DNA of 52,110 nucleotides from Girardia tigrina (Eukaryota): NCBI GenBank assembly GCA_001938485.1, contig MQRK01218639.1, positions 15,218 to 67,327 of the forward strand, read 5' to 3'. Shown piece by piece: positions 48,184 to 52,110 of this stretch (position 1 is its first letter; each line of letters starts with the position of its first letter). The notes under the pieces were generated by a model. It saw only the letters and a program-made list of their open reading frames with translations, ran no database searches and was not told where the DNA came from. The position numbers and the translations under genes were made by a program.

Positions 48184-51100
48184 TGTTCGGTTTTCGTTTT
48201 TTTTAAATTAAAATTCATTAAAGAAAAATTTAATTTTTACCATTAAATTTATAAAAAACTAAAAAAAAATTAAAAGAGACCGCACGGACTGTCGGTCGAT
48301 AATATCGAGCGATTGTTGGATGTTGTGCGGAGATATTGCGGGTGTGGGTTGGGGAGAATGTGTGGAAGATCGGTCACTGAGACCGGCCTGATAGAAACTG
48401 ACGAGACGAGTATGTTTCCAGGAGGAGTGTCGACCGACGATTTGGCCTTTCAACGCGGACTATCGACTGATGATTTCTGTTTCCATAGTACCAACAATAA
48501 CACAACCACTCGGAGACCGATGAAAAAATGGGAAACCAAAACCCGGAAACTAGCTTTAGAGTGACTATTGAGGATTGTCGAGAAGAGCTGGAAGAAAGTG
48601 AGTCCGCGGATTTAGATGGGATTCATGCCGTTTGGGGGCGACTGTTACGGTGGGGTGGGCGGGTTCGACTTGGTCGAATTGCTCGAGACCGAGACCGACT
48701 GCCACACGAGACTCCTGACCGTGCAGGCCATTGAGATGTGTGTCTCGAGCTGCAAGGAGTTCCTGGTCACGGCCCAACAACCCGCGGGTCCGACCAGGAC
48801 ATTCGTGAGCCACTCGCAGAACTTCGCGGCGGGNGACGCCTGCTCCATTGGATGGTGGCGGATCCCGCGCCTGTTGTCAGGTTGCGGCTGATCCGGTGCG
48901 TGTGTGTGCTCGTGAGGAATGCCCCGTATCATCGACTGAGGCCCGTATTGGTGGGCGATGTCGTCTGGCAGCTGAGGGCGCTGTTTCTCGAGTCATCGCG
49001 TGACGACACCGCTGTCAAATGTGCCATTTTCGATTGCTTCTCGGCCTTGGTCGGGCTGCAGTCGGTCAGTTAAGAGACAAGGCGGTGATAGAGACCGCGC
49101 GTCTATTCCGGCGACTCTCATGTGCACTCGCACCTCGTCCAGTCGACAGGCCAGAATTCCCAGCACCGCTGCGGACCAGATCAGACATCAGAGTCACCGT
49201 CAATGTCTTCCACGACTATCGTGTTGTCAGTCGAGTCCCACAGTCGACGACCGAGTTAGCTGGTGCAACTGTGTGTCCGTGTGGCGCACCCGGCACTCGT
49301 GGAGCAACTGTGGGCGGGTGCACTCAGTCCCGAGTCCTGGGAGCGCGCCATCGACCCGCTGGTGGACAAGGTGGTGGCGGAGAGCAGCCAGCAACCAGAC
49401 AGCGAGTTGCGGTGTCGAGCGCTCCGGACACTGAGCGCCATGCTTCCGCAGCACTGCTCCATTATCGGGCCCAGCATCGACACTGTCAAGAGGACGCTCC
49501 TCGCGTGTCTCGATGAGTCGATACCGTACCAAGTCTCCAAGCAAACTGCCGCGCTCCGTTCCGACGTGCTGAGAGTATTCTCTGGTTTGCTGGGCACTCT
49601 GGATAACAAGAAGGTCAAGCGGTACCTCGGGATCATGCAGGACTGTCAGACGGTAGGTAACGAGAACAACCAGACCGGGGATAATTGTGTTGGAATGGAG
49701 ACGGAATTGTCGTCAGGAATCTCGTACTTCTCTTCTTCATCCAGTGTCATCAATGGTGTTAGCAACATATCATCCAACATTGATCTCGTGTGTGACTGGT
49801 GGAATTCTTTCTTGCCAAGTGTGGTACAGTGTCTCCAGGATGACAATGAAAGTGTGCGGCGTTCGGCAGCGCAATGTCTATGCTTTATGTGCGAGCCAGT
49901 GTTGGAGCACATGATGGAACGGACGGCCATCACGAGTCACTGGCACATGTTGCTCACTATGTTCCGAGACCCGAGCTCGTCTGTCAGCTGCCAGGCCATC
50001 TGGTTTCTCGGGTACTGGGTCGCTTTGCGTCCACTGAACTCTGACGCCGATTTTATCCGCGCTCTCATCGGAACAAGTTCACGCCTCTGCAATGCCGCAC
50101 TCGCCGACTCTTCCTTGTATCTTGAGTGTGCCAACGCCGCATGGACTCTCAGTAATGCCATAGAAGTATTAGTGGCACACAAGGAGTGCCTGTTGTCATG
50201 TTGCCAACAACAGGAGAAACTCGAGACACCCACAGGATGCACTGTTATTGTCATGGAGTATTTGACAGACGTCGATTGTGTCGCCCGATTAATGCAGCTC
50301 TTTTGTGATTTATGTGGCGTTAAAAAGGCCGGCCAAGTGTCTGCATCAGTTCGTATTCATGAGAATGCTATCCGAGGTTTGGGGTATCTGTGTAGATTCA
50401 TAGATGAGAACATGATTTTTCATCTATCGACAGGCGGTCTTTTGAATCTCGCATCAGAAACATTTTCCAAAGCCGTTCAGCTGTCCGATAAAGCTGGAAG
50501 GGTTAAGGTCAAATAGAATGCTTGTCTTTCTGTCAGTCATGTTTATCACAATCGTTTTTTTAATTTCAAAAAATGACGTTTTTAATCTTCATAAGTTAAA
50601 CGCCGCTCTCGTCTCTACGGTCACTGGTGATCGGTATTTTAAGGTCCGTAATAATTCTTTAGTTTCGATTAACACACTGATCGATTGTGGTGGTCGTTCG
50701 TCTTTTGGGGAACATTTGTTTGATATGATTATCGGTCCATTGGCCGAAACTTGTCTTTCAGTCACAGAAGTTCATCGTCATTGTCTTTGTCTCTATTTAT
50801 TAAATTTCACATTGTTGAAACTCGTCAATCTAATCTCACAAAGTGATCTTGATTTACTCGCCACAAGATCCGATCTTTTGTCTTTTCTGTTCACTGTATT
50901 CTCTGAACAATTACCGTCGATTTGGAGACATTTACGTAATCTGAACCGATCGTTTAATAAGCAAGCTCTCATCATGCAAACTCTAATGCTCAAACTGTCA
51001 GTGTCGGCTACCTGTGAAGAGGTCGATCTTCTGTTGTCTAACTTAAGGATGAATCTTGACGTCAATTGGGTGTCAACAAATTCCAGTAAGCTGGCAATCG

Positions 51101-51343
51101 ATTTATTTGACTCTATCGGTCTGTTTCTGGGGCGCGAATTTGTGACGATGAGATTATCAGACAAGACGAGAACGCTCTCAATTTCTGTGATTCTCTGTCA
51201 GACGACGAAGGTCTCATGACCAAGAGGCCGGGTACAGCTCTGATTTTCAGCCAAATTTATGACTAGTTTCTTTGGGGTTAATTTAATGCATTTGTATTAC
51301 AAATATAATTTTTTGTTCTTTAAAAAAAAACGAAAACCGAACA
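48184..51343. mobile_element. Non-autonomous TIR element (TGT...ACA ends, 5-bp TSD) carrying a HEATR6 copy
   Basis: TGTTCGGTTTTCGTTTTTTTTAAA at 48184 and TTTAAAAAAAAACGAAAACCGAACA ending 51343; AGTAT on both flanks (48179-83, 51344-48). Confidence 0.85.
48280..51219 (+). pseudogene. HEATR6: HEATR6 (DUF4042 + C-terminal HEAT repeats), intronless, with stops and frameshifts
   Basis: KTRKLALE*LL..KK..*MGFMP, SCKEFLVTA, RCVCVLVRNAPYHRLRP, NAAWTLSN, NAIRGLGYL, KVK*NAC, YFKVR match HEATR6 motifs (NAPYDRL, KVRWNAC, NFKVR); N-terminal part absent. Confidence 0.85.
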
Positions 51344-51407
51344 AGTATTGTTAGTGAAAAATAAATGTTAATAGATTTGTGATTCGTTGTTACAAGCTAT
51401 CCGGGCA

Positions 51408-52110
51408 ATGATAAGCGATTTAAAAAATATTATACTCGATCATTTGGAGAAATTTAATGGAAACAGCAGTTTTGAAATTTGGAAGAAAAAGTTCAAGATG
51501 ATTATGAAAATCCAGGGGATTTTGGATCTAGCCCCATATCTTCCTTTTTTGTTGAATGATGTTCCTTTAAATACATACATGGAATTGGATGAAAAGAAAC
51601 AGAGCAACTGTGAAGAAGTACTGCAAATCTTGGACAATTCATTCGGATTAACCATACGATCTGCGTACAGTCAACTGATTAATTTGAAATATTACGAAGG
51701 ACAAACTATTGACGATTACGTTTCTCAAGTAAAGATGTTGGCATCAAAAATCAACGATCTGACCAAGGCGGCCTTTATGGCTGGATTGTCGTTCAAGTTG
51801 CGATTGAATTTAGAGCAGGTCGGAGATCAAGATTTAACCGAAATGGTTGAATATAGTCGTAGGTATTTAGGAATTAAAAAATGCGTCACACAAAGTTCAA
51901 TGTCAGTGGTACAAAACGTTGGTGATGGAAAGATCGTTTCTAAAGAACAAGGTGAGGTCAGCGGCGATAGAAGGAGTTCCTTTACAAAACTCCGTGTGCC
52001 ACATGGCGGAAATCTGGTACAAACAAGGGTAAACCGTAATGAAAATTCTCAGCGGCAATCTAATGGACAAATAATTTGCTATAAATGTAAGCAAGTTGGA
52101 CATATTGCAA
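51408..52110 (+). mobile_element. LTR-retrotransposon gag ORF (runs off the window)
   Basis: Open frame MISDLKNIILDHLEKFNGNSSFEIW...AYSQL...TIDDY...AFMAGL...ICYKCKQVGHIA (CCHC zinc knuckle). Confidence 0.8.

Noticed and set aside
18715-50520. Alternative genetic code or programmed read-through (stops at conserved Trp, Gln and Gly positions)
   Set aside because: All three stop types occur alongside frameshifts, consistent with ordinary pseudogene decay.
48259-51164. Many overlapping antisense and alternative-frame ORFs
   Set aside because: Expected shadows of GC-richer coding sequence; no independent motifs.
48184-51343. LTR-mediated retrocopy or functional HEATR6 gene
   Set aside because: The ends are inverted, not direct, repeats; the gene lacks its N-terminus and has several stops and frameshifts (some could be sequence errors).

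Overview
AT-rich eukaryotic (almost certainly animal) genomic DNA. The HEATR5/HEATR6/IFT22 fragments are metazoan-like, and IFT22 implies a ciliated lineage. Most of the window is a dense mosaic of decayed mobile DNA: several truncated Polinton/Maverick (adintovirus-like) blocks (integrase, packaging ATPases, pentons, major capsid end, adenain protease, pPolB), Ty3/Gypsy and Bel/Pao remnants, Tc1, mariner, maT and hAT transposons, and two MITEs. Two things stand out that the ORF track does not show. (1) Four dispersed paralogues of a three-exon micro-gene (ATG-only exon 1, GT-AG introns of 54-78 bp). They splice into intact 62-72 aa secreted peptides with a conserved signal peptide and a variable C-C-CC-C-C (knottin/toxin-like) mature region. 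(2) A 3.16-kb element with ~24-bp TGT...ACA terminal inverted repeats and a perfect 5-bp target-site duplication, whose only cargo is an intronless, decayed HEATR6 copy. Related TGTTCGG termini precede captured HEATR5 fragments, which suggests a gene-capturing non-autonomous transposon family. All protein assignments come from motif recognition by eye; no searches were run.
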